A DNA stretch of 64,000 bases, from contig NIVC01000703.1 of assembly GCA_002269645.1 (NCBI GenBank), positions 1 through 64,000 on the forward strand, read 5' to 3'. Below are positions 33,163 to 44,900 of this stretch, piece after piece. Source of the DNA: Macrostomum lignano (taxonomy: Eukaryota). The notes under the pieces are model-generated. The model made no database searches, had not been told where the DNA came from, and was given only the letters and a program-made list of their open reading frames with translations. Numbering within the stretch: position 1 is the stretch's first letter; every line of letters begins with the position of its first letter. Position numbers and translations under genes: made by a program.

Positions 33163-33680
33163 AACTACACACAGCTAGCTTTGTGTTAAAAGGCACTGAT
33201 GAAAATATTGAATCAATTTATTGCGCAACCGATTTCACAGTCAGTATCAGTCGCAGTTAAAGTTAACAAAAACATTGCGCAATCTAAATCAACCCTCCAA
33301 TACACAGCAGCAGTGAGAAGTTGAACCCTCCCCCCCCCAACTTTATCTATTACGTCTCGCAAAACTGAACAATTTTTGCAAAAAGTTAAAAGTATGGAAA
33401 TAGTTTTTCAAATGCTGTGCTTCTTCTTTTCATATATAAAGCAAACAACTTATATCCCCAAACTCAGTGTTGCAAGATCTTTCCAACAACATAAGTCTCT
33501 CCTCTCAAAGTTTAAAACTCAAGGAACAGTTAGCGTTTGAAATTTACCAATTTCCTGACTACTTGCTAGAGAAGCTCGCAATTCATTGAATTTCACTGCC
33601 AAACTAATACACAGGGCTGCCTAGAGAAAAAAGGCGCCAATAATAAAACCAAATGAATCTCGACACAGTCTATCTGTTTA

Positions 33681-34469
33681 CGGCTCATTCCATATAAGAT
33701 AGACATTTTTGGAAAATAGAAAAAAGTCAATATTTTTGCTTGCCATTGCCTTATCGGCCAATTTTTTTACCAAAAGTTTATTATGTGTAATATCTACAAT
33801 CTAAGAATAAATGAATGATAAAATGTTAGATTAGTATGCTATCAAGTGGCAAAAAGTCATTTTTGTAAAAATTTAAACATTTTTGTAAGCAAAAGACATC
33901 ATTAAGTTTGTGTACCTTTTAAAAACAAATAGAAAGCTTTGGAAGGTTGAAACAAACTATAGATAAAAGTATAGTACTTGCATCATCAGATAAAAGTATT
34001 GGTGACCAAATAATCTATTATATTTTTAATATATTGGTACCTCAAAGTTACTGAATTGACAGAAAAAAATATGTTACGACCATAATGTTACGACCATAAG
34101 GCTGCCTTTTCTTTTGTATCTTTGTTGCCTTTTTGAGTTTATATATTCTAATAAAAGAGTATGATTACTAAAGATGTTCTTAGTCAAATTTTAAAAAATG
34201 TTTTGCAAAATATCAAAAATAAAAATGTTATAAGACTTTTACCTTTTAGTTTCTATATGTCAAAAATCCTGTTGTTACGACCATAAGTGCCATTCAAGGT
34301 TTAATAGCATCTATACTAATGATGATATCTACATGAAACTCTATAAAAATATTTTTGACAAAATTATCTTTCATTTAAAATATTGGTTTAGTATATTCTA
34401 TTATTATATTTCATTTTATAAGTAAAAATAGCCTGTCATGTTACGACCATGCTTATATGGAATGAGCCT
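33681..34469. mobile_element. MITE with 17 bp TIRs flanked by TA
   Basis: TIRs are GGCTCATTCCATATAAG (33682-33698) and CTTATATGGAATGAGCC (34452-34468). TA lies at 33679-80 and 34470-71. The internal motif TGTTACGACCAT occurs four times. Confidence 0.75.
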
Positions 34470-34779
34470 TACACTGTACAACTACTATGTACACTCAGCC
34501 CAAGCCCAACCCCCCATTCTGGGGGAAGCATTAAATTTAACTGAACCCCCCCAACACGCGGGGGGTTTTATTTCCACTCGCACCCACCACCCCTCAATGC
34601 ACAGCGGCCCGCGGGCGGAGGTTGGGGTGGCTATTTTTACAAACTGGCTGCAGCCCCAGGCAGAGTGGCCAAAGAAGGTTATTGGGGGTTAAAAAAACAG
34701 TTTTCTGCTTTTTTAGAGATGTTAAAATGTGAAAATTAAAAATTAAAATAGCCTAAAGCCTGCTCCGGAAAATTTGCAG

Positions 34780-34880
34780 TTTTCCCATATAAGTTTCGAC
34801 GCTGACTTGCAAGTATTGTAGGAGTTCACTTGCAACACACACACACAGACAAACATCGCGTCAGTTTTAGTATTAGGAGA
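34780..34880 (+). mobile_element. Helitron-like non-autonomous element end
   Basis: The sequence (CA)n CAGAC...TTTTAGTATTAGGAGAT parallels the 9040-9158 end. Confidence 0.35.
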
Positions 34881-35599
34881 TTTTAAGAATTGATCAATAT
34901 TAATTTTGATATATGCAGTATTAAAACAAATAGGGCTAAAATTAGTTTTCAGTTTAAAAATACATACAAATTTTACATGAATATTATTATTAAACGTTAG
35001 AAGATTAAAACAAATAATATGTGAATACTATTCTTGAGTGATTAAACTCAAAATTATTATTGACAAATTTATTTACAAAAACTATTATTATTACTATTAG
35101 TAGCATTAAGCGCTTGCACAAATATAAATGCATATTTAGTCGAAACAAAATTGCACATTTCTAGAAAATAATATTTCTAATATATCTAAATATCTAATAA
35201 TAATATATCTAAAAAATAATATATAATAGGCCTAATATGTTTAAAAAATATTGAAATATTGGCAGGTGGCTGTGGCTATGGCTTACTATTCTACTTTTTT
35301 CCTTAGGCCCTTATTAGAGACCAAGCAACATCTAGATTTCTTTATAAGATTGAAAATCTTCTAAACTAGTATTTTTCAAATCAAATCTGTATGACTTTTT
35401 TTTGCCTAGTAGACCATTTTACTGCCCTTTGGTAAAGTGCACTTCTGCAATGCAATAATGGTACTTGGCTACTATTTTGTTTTACAATCCATGCCAAAAT
35501 AGCCTTTGGATGTCAAAATATAGTAATTTAGTTGCCAGATATAAGACAGGTACAATGAATTGTTAGAAATAGCTATACTATATATATCATATTTCTTGT

Positions 35600-37060
35600 T
35601 CCAATAATAGAAAACTCTTTGTTTCTAGAATAAACATTATTTAGTTATTTGTGACAACCTCTATTGCATGCAAATCTTGACTCTCAGGAACTCCAGAACT
35701 AGATTGCTGCCTTTTAGAAGGAAGCAGACCATCATTTACATTCCTCTATTCCTTGATTGCCTGCTATATTTTCTAGTTGGATGAGTGGATGTGCAAACCT
35801 AACTGGGTACTTGCAAAGCAAATGATGAAACTCAAGGTGTAATGATAATGAATACTTTCCCAAGCCAGCAAAAGTGCATTTGATTTCCTATAATTAGAAG
35901 CACTATAAATAACACAAAACAAGTGCTATGCTATCAATTGGGAGTTCTCACTAAGACTGCATGCTTGAGAACTATTTTCAAACTCTTGGCCTAATTGATT
36001 GTCAATCTAGAGAAGGATAAAGTCTAAAATTTTTGATTACTATCTACTGATCTTGTTCACAACAAGAGCTTGCCAGTTCTTTAGATATTTGTCTTTGAAG
36101 TTTTTTCCTATTTCTTAGACTCAGCAAATGGCTTTGTATTATACTTTTAAACATTAGAGAGTCTCCATATTTGCAATAGCGTATCAATGATTGAGGCTTC
36201 CAGGGCTTCCAAATTGTTGCTTTTAAGCCTAAATTTAATATCTTTTAGAGCATGGGTCTGGCAGAGCAGATGCTGCTTCTGTGACCCAGATTTAGCAATT
36301 GTATTGACAATGGCTCTTTTAGAATCTATGGTAAAGATGCCATTGTGATTGGCTAGAGATGGTACATGCTTCAGAAGTATTTAGAAAAATTCTGCATGAC
36401 ACTCTTTGTGTTATGGATTAGAAAAGTGGCAGGTATGACAGGAGCAACACTATTAGACAACTCCATGTCGTCGACTCCGACTCCAAACAAAAAATTGCCA
36501 ATTTTGAAGGTGGTATTGTATGCCAGCAGCCAGCTGATTGTGCTTTTGAAGACCCTGAGAGTCTAGGATCTTATTTAGACTTAAAAGCATCTCTGGGGCT
36601 ATAACAGTGACACATGTTTGGAATTAGTGTCATTGAGGGAATGCTATAGGAGTCAAGAGCCAATTTATACAAATTACAAATTGCATCATTGCTTAATCAG
36701 ACAGATTTCAATACTTTTGATTAGACATTGTACACCTGCTTCTGGTTCCTAGGGTTTAGCACACGCTGATGCCTAGGCTTATCCAGTTGAGCAGATAGTA
36801 TAGCCTTGTATACATGGCTTGTATTTGCATTCTGGAAATTAGTGCAAATAGCCTCTTCCATTTTGTGTAAACTTAGACACATTCAGACACATTCAGAAGA
36901 GGCAGTGCTTCTATGCGAGTTTCTATGTGGTACTGATTTGATAGTTGACTCAACATCAATATATATATAAGAAGCTTATAGAGGAGCAGTGATGGGTTTG
37001 TATCTGCCCCATCTGGAAGTTGGTACACAGTCTAACAAAATGTGCTTTCACCATTGGAAA
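35600..37060 (-). pseudogene. Fossil Mutator-like (MULE) DDE transposase with many stops and frameshifts
   Basis: Manual translation gives PHRNS; NPRNQKQVYNV*...V*LSNDAICNLYKLA (36760-36660); LAYNTTFKIGNF (36526-36491); PVIPATFLIHNTK (36442-36404); TIDSKRAIVNTI (~36335-36300); and HLLCQTH..KD (~36273-36243). These are colinear with the animal MULE consensus as I recall it: LSYDTTFxLGDFY, PVIPxxFLIHERK, TDxExAIxNAI, CWNH. Confidence 0.75.
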
Positions 37061-37929
37061 GCACATGTATTTATATTAAACATGTATCAGAGCTACCATA
37101 CATTATTATACTCTACATATATTTAGATATATAAGTATATTGTGCATATAATATAACAGTACAGAAACAGAAGACTAGAACTCCTAGACAGGATGGCTTA
37201 TATGTATGGCACTAAATTCTGAGACAATTTTAATGTGACAAGTCATGACAAGCAATTTTTAGGATTTGTTTTTATCACATCTATCACAGATATAATATTT
37301 CAAGCCACAGTGAGGACAAGAAGTGCTTGTGATCATATAGGACCATGAGGAAACTTTTAATCATAGTTAGTTAGTTTCTATTAGTTATTTGAAAAATTGA
37401 AAAATTACTAGTAGTAGACTAGGCCTCCAAAATATAATAATGGCAGGTTCCAAATTATTTTAATTAAGAAGCAGTTTTCTCAAAGAAGTATACTTTGGCT
37501 TGAGGTTATACAAAATGGTTTCCTTGTTTTTTGGTGTCTGCTCTTTGGTACCTAGCATTTTTATAGGCCTACCCTAGTTTGCTTTTCATTTTAATATCCT
37601 AGTTTTTAAGCCTGAAGAAAATATAATCTAATAAAAATAGCAAAAATTCTTTAGAACATTGTTTCTTTACTTACTAAAAGCATTATTCATTTTATTAAAA
37701 AGGCATTTTTTATTTAGAAAATCTTAATTCATTAAATTATTTTATCTTATGACTATATAAAGCATATATGCTAAACTTTTATTGCTTTAGTTAGGTAAAA
37801 ATAAAATCTATCAATAATGCTATGTGAAGTTTCAATCAAAATGATGAATACAATATATCTACTTAGTATTGACTAACAATTAGTGTCCCCTAGTGAAAAG
37901 GCAAAACAAATGATAGTATACCTTTATAT

Positions 37930-38290
37930 TTATTGATTCCTTTCATTGGCCTTGACATCTTAGCAATTCCCCCATACACCTTGATGTCTTAGTCATTTTC
38001 CTTAAGCCACAACACTTCATTTCCCCAAGCTTTGACATCTTAACAATTCTTGAATGAATCATCCATATTTAATAGGACATTCTATTTCACATTGATGCTC
38101 CTATTATATTTGACATGATGCTTATATTGTTTGACATTGATGCTTCTATTGTTTTTTATATAATGCTTCTATTATGTTTGATATGATGCTTATATGATGT
38201 TTGATATATATGATGCTTCTTTTTGACATGACACTTAGCTATTATGGTTTACATGACAATTCTTTTGTGTTTGACATGGCTTCTTTAATG
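37930..38290. repeat. Decayed relative of the 21 bp TGTTTGACATGG satellite
   Basis: Repeated tgtttgacat(g/t)gatgctt...att units with a ~21-bp period. Confidence 0.55.
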
Positions 38291-38942
38291 TCTGGCCCTT
38301 GTAGCAGTATAAAATAGAAGTTGTTTTATGAGAAATACTTCTAATTTGTCACAATCCCAATCATAACCATGAAATGAATGATGAAAGGATTAGAAAATTC
38401 ATACCGAACCAAAAAAGTATGTTATATCGAAACTTGTAGTTTCTATTGTATACATTATACATTAAATTATATTTTCCTATTGAAAGCTAGAACATGGCCT
38501 CCCCCATTAAAAAGTGGGAAGATACATGGCCTTTGCTCTCTACTATTCTATTGGCATATGATATTAGAAAGCCTTTTTAAAATTTATATTTAGTGTCATG
38601 TTTATGTAGAAAACACCTTTATCTAGCTCCATATGGTCAGAAATTAAATTGGGTATTAGAGCTGCAACACATACAATTGTTTTTATTCTTGATTCAATGA
38701 TTTATGCCATTTGGGCTCTGTGTTTTATTCTGTTGCTTGGAATTAATATTCAAAGTGTATACTAACAGTAGACTGGAATGAATCATTAATGCATTCATTT
38801 AATTCATTGTTTGGATTTTTCTCCAGCTGCATCTAATCTAACCTTTGATGTTGAATCTACCAGTCTGCAATATCGACTGTATGGGGGACCATTGAGCTGC
38901 CATCATTAGTTTAGAGCCTCTTTAAGACTCAGAGGGCCCTCA

Positions 38943-41900
38943 ATGGCCACGCCATTTCTTGCCAACTCAAAGTTGCCCAGTGATGATGCAGATGCAATGG
39001 CTGCTGCTGATGGGTGAGTCTTTAATTGATTTACTTATATTGTTTTTATTTATTGTATAATCTTCATTTAGGATTATTTGAAAAAATTTTGTAGCTTTTA
39101 TTCACAACGTAAATTTCTGTGACACAAAAAGCATTTACTGTTATTACATTACTTGATAGTAGCATCTTGTGCATTTTAGTTTCGGAAAACAGTTTCTAGA
39201 GGTTTATTTTGCTTTCCAACTATGTCTTAGAGTTAACAGACACATTAAGACACTAAGACAGATATTGTACTATGACAGACACTAAGACAGATATTGTACT
39301 ATGACAGACACTAAGACAGATATTGTACTATGACAGACACCAAGACAGATACTAAGACAGACACTAAGACAGATACTAAGACAGACACTAAAACAGATAC
39401 TAAGACAGACACTAAGACAGATACTAAGACAGATACTAAGACAGACACTAAGACAGGCACTAAAACAGATACTAAGACAGATACTAAGACAGATACTAAG
39501 ACAGACACTAAAACAGATACTAAGACAGATACTAAGACAGATACTAAGACAGATACTAAGACAGACACTAAGACAGATACTAAGACAGATACTAAGACAG
39601 ACACTAAGACAGATACTAAGACAGACACTATGACAGATACTAAGACAGACACTAAAACAGATACTAAGACAGATACTAAGACAGATACTAAGACAGACAC
39701 TAAGACAGATACTAAGACAGATACTAAGACAGACACTAAGACAGATACTAAGACAGATACTAAGACAGACACTAAGACAGACACTAAGACAGACACTAAG
39801 ACAGACACTAAGACAGATACTAAGACAGATACTAAGACAGATACTAAGACAGACACTAAGACAGATACTAAGACAGACACTAAGACAGACACTAAGACAG
39901 ATACTAAGACAGACACTAAGACAGACACTAAGACAGACACTAAGACAGATACTAAGGCAGACACTAAGACAGACACTAAAACAGATACTAAGACAGATAC
40001 TAAGACAGATACTAAGACAGATACTAAGACAGACACTAAGACAGATACTAAGACAGACACTAAGACAGATACTAAGACAGATACTAAGACAGACACTAAG
40101 ACAGATACTAAGACAGACACTAAGACAGATACTAAGGCAGACACTAAGACAGACACTAAGGCAGACACTAAGACAGATACTAAGACAGATACTAAGACAG
40201 ACACTAAGACAGATACTAAGACAGATACTAAGACAGATACTAAGACAGACACTAAGACAGATACTAAGACAGATACTAAGACAGACACTAAGACAGATAC
40301 TAAGACAGATACTAAGACAGACACTAAGACAGATACTAAGGCAGACACTAAGACAGACACTAAGGCAGACACTAAGACAGATACTAAGACAGACACTAAG
40401 ACAGATACTAAGACAGATACTAAGACAGATACTAAGGCAGACACTAAGACAGATACTAAGACATCTCCTGGGGCTAGTTTGTGGTGCATTTAGGGGGAGG
40501 GAGGCTTTTAACCTAAGATTGGCATGACTGACTTCAAATTCCCTCTCGTCACTTACCTGTAGTTTGTTCAAGTGAGGCAACACTGTCCAGCACAGGCAGG
40601 CAGATATCTGGTATTGCCTCGTTTCCCTCAAGACTTTGATGGACCAGTTTCAGCTGGACCCCTGCCTATGAGTCATTCCCTGCCGAACCCCGCTGTGAGG
40701 GCAGCCCGCTTGCTAATTGAAGTCGGTTGCGTCTGCCTTGGCTGTCCCTGGCAGCGGAGATGCGCAAGCTGCTCGACCTTGATTGCCCCAGTGAGCGGCG
40801 CGGCGTCCTCTGATGGCCCCTGGCTGCGTATTAGTTCCCATTTTTTTCAACCCCTCCCAAAGTCGCTGGCAGCAGAATCAGTGACTCAACAGCGGTGCGC
40901 TTGCGCAGTAGCAAAATGCTGCGTTTTCAGTAAATTGCGTTACACTTTTTTAAAGGAGTTTAGCTAGGCGAGAGCGCGGCATTTAGCTGGAATATGTGGC
41001 CTGCTTATTGGGGGTATAAACAGAATTAGAGGCTTCTCCAAGTGCCAGCAATTTCTGCAACTTTTTAAAGTATCTTTTATCTCTGCCTTTAGATTGACCG
41101 ATCCTTCCCGATCGGACGCGAGATCAGGGTTTTACTGGGCTGAATCCAGCAATGCCTGCGTCTGCTATGCATAAAATAAGAGGGCCGGGTCAGCTTCTAC
41201 TTATCGGCTGGGGGGTAGTACAAAGATATGGCTGCATCTGGCTAACATGATGCTGACTGGATCCAGGGCCCTGGCGGGAAGAGAGGGAGATCTTAGTCAT
41301 GGATATCCGGTATCTCAGTGGCAATCTGGTTCCAGGACTGCGCATGCTGGGGATAATAAGCAGATACGAGTCTGTGAAACTTCTGTTATCTACGCATTTT
41401 GCATAAGTTTGCATAATTTAGTATTGGGCATGGAGTAGATAAGTACCTGTACCTGTATGATGAATGTGTGATGAATGTGCTAAAATCGGTTGAGTTTGTT
41501 CGCAAAGCCGGGACTAAGATATGGCTTAAATCATTGCATAGTTATTTAGGATTGTGGATGGCATATCGGAATGCAATATGTGGATTAATGTCAATGAGCC
41601 ATTCTGCAGGTGTGCATGCAAAGCCAGCTATTCTCTATATCCCACTAGACGTTCGGGGCCGTCTATTTTCCTGGTTGAAAATTCCCCCGCGAATGTCTTG
41701 TAGTTAACTGAATATCGCCCAGAATCCGGGACACATCATCTCTAATTTGTGTCATATCCTGTCATGACAGCTCTAATTTGTCATAACCTGTCATGACAGA
41801 TCTAATTTGTGTCATAGCCTGTCATGACACATCAGCTCTAATTTGTGTCATAGTCTGTCATGACACATTAGCTCTAATTTGTGTCATAGCCTGTCATGAC

Positions 41901-44900
41901 ACATCAGCTCTAATTTGTGTCATAGCCTGTCATGACACATCAGCTCTAATTTGTGTCAGCCTGTCATGACACATCAGCTCTAATTTGTGTCATAGCCTGT
42001 CATGACACATCAGCTCTAATTTGTGTCATAGCCTGTCATGACACATCAGCTCTAATTTGTGTCAGCCTGTCATGACACATCAGCTCTAATTTTTGTCATA
42101 GCCTGTCATGACACATCAGCTCTAATTTATGTCAGCCTGTCATCTCAGCAGTGTTAAGTTTAAGGTAAAGATGTTGGCATCTGATTTGATTTTCAACTTT
42201 TTCGACTGAAAGTTCCAGCTGGCATCCCGGTTTTCAATTTCAATTTGGCAGTCTGAGTTTGGACCAAGGATGCCAAATAGCACAGATCATGATGCTTGAA
42301 AAACCAGTCCGAGGTCTTGCTTTTGGATTCGGAAAGTTCGCGGCCCCATTCGCTCGTGCTGGTTGATGACTGATGGGGGGTCTCGGGTACAGGAAATTGA
42401 CCTGCCAATGGGCCCCTGAAACTCTCCGTTCACCTTAATCCGGTCACACCTCGGTTCGACCAATCAATCAGCTTTCTATAGCCTCGTCATCCACCCCACT
42501 CCTCTACCCGTTTCGAGGATAAAACGCCAATAGATCTGCGTGCCGTCAGTGGGAAAATTATCCCCAGATTGGGAGAATTTGTCTGCCTATCTGAGTCCTT
42601 TGCTGCACTTACGACATTGCATGTCTCTGGGGGATTTGAGAGAGAATAAAAAACTGTCACCCGAGCTTCTGGGTGATTGACAGCTGAGTAGTGAGTACTG
42701 CATTGTAATTCGATTATTTTATGATTTGCATTGATTTCCGTCCCTTTCTGATCTGGTCTGGGCTAACGCCTTCATCCTCAGTCTCCATTTTTACAGGCAA
42801 CTCAAATTTGACAATTTATTGAAGTTTTCGAACCCCAAGCATCAGAATATTTCTAAAATTATTACAGGCTGCCAATTTGGTATCTTGGTGTCTAAATTCA
42901 GGATGCCAAAATTGAATTTGATGTGTCATGACACATGCTATGACTCAAAAAACCCAGCTTCCAGATCCTCAGTAGCTGAGCCAGCCTCCCAGATCCTCAG
43001 TAGCTAATCCAGCCTCCCAGATCCTCAGTAGCTAATCCAGCCTCCCAGACCCTCAGTAGCTAATCCAGCCTCCCAGATCCTCAGTAGCTAATCCAGTCTC
43101 CCAGATCCTCAGTAGCTAATCCAGCCTCCCAGATCCTCAGTAGCTAATCCAGCCTCCCAGACCCTCAGTAGCTAATCCAGCCTCCCAGATCCTCAGTAGC
43201 TAATCCAGTCTCCCAGATCCTCAGTAGCTAATCCAGCCTCCCAGATCCTCAGTAGCTAATCCAGCCTCCCAGACCCTCAGTAGCTAATCCAGCCTCCCAG
43301 ATCCTCAGTAGCTAATCCAGCCTCCCAGACCCTCAGTAGCTAATCCAGCCTCCCAGACCCTCAGTAGCTAATCCAGCCTCCCAGATCCTCAGTAGCTAAT
43401 CCAGCCTCCCAGATCCTCAGTAGCTAATCCAGCCTCCCAGATCCTCAGTAGCTAGTCCAGCCTCCCAGACCTCAGTAGCTAGTCCAGCCTCCCAGATCCT
43501 CAGTAGCTAATCCAGCCTCCCAGATCCTCAGTAGATAATCCAGCCTCCCAGACCTCAGTAGCTAATCCAGCCTCCCAGATCCTCAGTAGCTAATCCAGCC
43601 TCCCAGATCCTCAGTAGCTAATCCAGCCTCCCAGACTTCAGTAGCTAATCCAGCCTCCCAGATCCTCAGTAGCTAATCCAGCCTCCCAGATCCTCAGTAG
43701 CTGAGCCAGCCTCTCAGATCCTCAGTAGCTAATCCAGCCTCCCAAATCCTCAGTAGCTAATCCAGCCTCCCAGACCCTCAGTAGCTAATCCAGCCTCCCA
43801 AATTCTCAGTAGCTAATCCAGCCTCTTAAATCCTCAGTAGCTAATCCAGCCTCCCAGATCCTCAGTTGCTGGGCCACCGCCACCCTCTCAGATCCTCAGT
43901 TGCTGGGCCACCGCCACCCTCTCAGATCCTCAGTTGCTGGGCCACCGCATTCACAGGCGATGTTATGAGAATTCTTGTGACAAGTTGATGCAATTCAACG
44001 TTTAAATTTTTCCCAAACCCTACAGTACATCCTTGATGAGTCCACCACGTGGTCAACGCACCACTGGACGCGGGGCTTATGTGAACCACTGAAATGTAAT
44101 TAACATGCCGCCCCACCGATTTCACCGCAGGCCAAACGCCATCCAACAGTCACTTGACGCCCTCGACCAGCTGCTCAGCCAGGCCGGCCAGCAGCTCAAT
44201 TCGCTCAGCTCCAACGATCAGGCAGCGGCTCAGCAGCAGCGGCACTCGCAGCGCTCCAGCGTAGGCGCCCAGTCGCTCACTTCTTCAGGCGGCGGCGAGG
44301 CGAGCTTCGGCGACGATCGGTGCGGCGCCTCGCCTGGGCCGAGTCTCGGATCGCTTGGGTGAGTGGGCCGACTGTGGGACCGAGCCCCCAGATCCTCAGA
44401 TGTGATCCGCCACCCTCCCAGATCCTCAGGTGTGATCCGCCACCCTTGCAGATCCTCAGGTGTGATCCGCCACCCTTGCAGATCCTCAGGTGTGATCCGC
44501 CACCCTTGCAGATCCTCAGGTGTGATCCGCCACCATTCCAGATCCTCAGGTGTGATCCGCCACCATCCTAGATCCTCAGGTGTGATCCGCCACCATCCCA
44601 GATCCTCAGGTGTGATCCGCCACCCTCCCAGATCCTCAGGTGTGATCCGCCACCCTTGCAGATCCTTAAGTGTGATCCGCCATCCTCCCGGATCCTCAGG
44701 TGTGATCCGCCATCCTCCCGGATCCTCAGGTGTGATCCGCCACTCTTCCAGATCCTCAGGTGTGATCCGCCACTCTTCCAGATCCTCAGGTGTGATCCGC
44801 CACTCTTCCAGATCCTCAGGTGTGATCCGCCACCCTCCCAGATCCTCAGGTGTGATCCGTCGCGCTCCCATATCCTCAGGTGAGATCCGCCACCATCCCA

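Noticed and set aside
33190-33240. Hammerhead ribozyme core at CTGATGA (also CTGAGGA at ~27761 and ~48257)
   Set aside because: There is no stem II followed by GAAA and no flanking stems.
33465-34840. hAT TIR pair CAGTGTTGCAAG / CTTGCAACAC
   Set aside because: The terminal bases mismatch and there is no 8-bp TSD.
39282-40631. 387-449 aa ORFs (TDTK, SVLV and ICLS repeats), and similar long ORFs at 11173-12380, 14877-16755, 44230-45184, 49119-49748, 53291-54722, 56037-56750, 60315-61342 and 61518-62632
   Set aside because: They are translations of stop-free tandem units, open in several frames and on both strands, and most lie inside introns of supported genes.
40555-42480. Nested minus-strand gene (strong donor CAG|GTAAGT at ~40559; ORFs at 41190 and 42193)
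   Set aside because: I could not build a phase-consistent chain or recognise a product. It remains unresolved rather than disproved.
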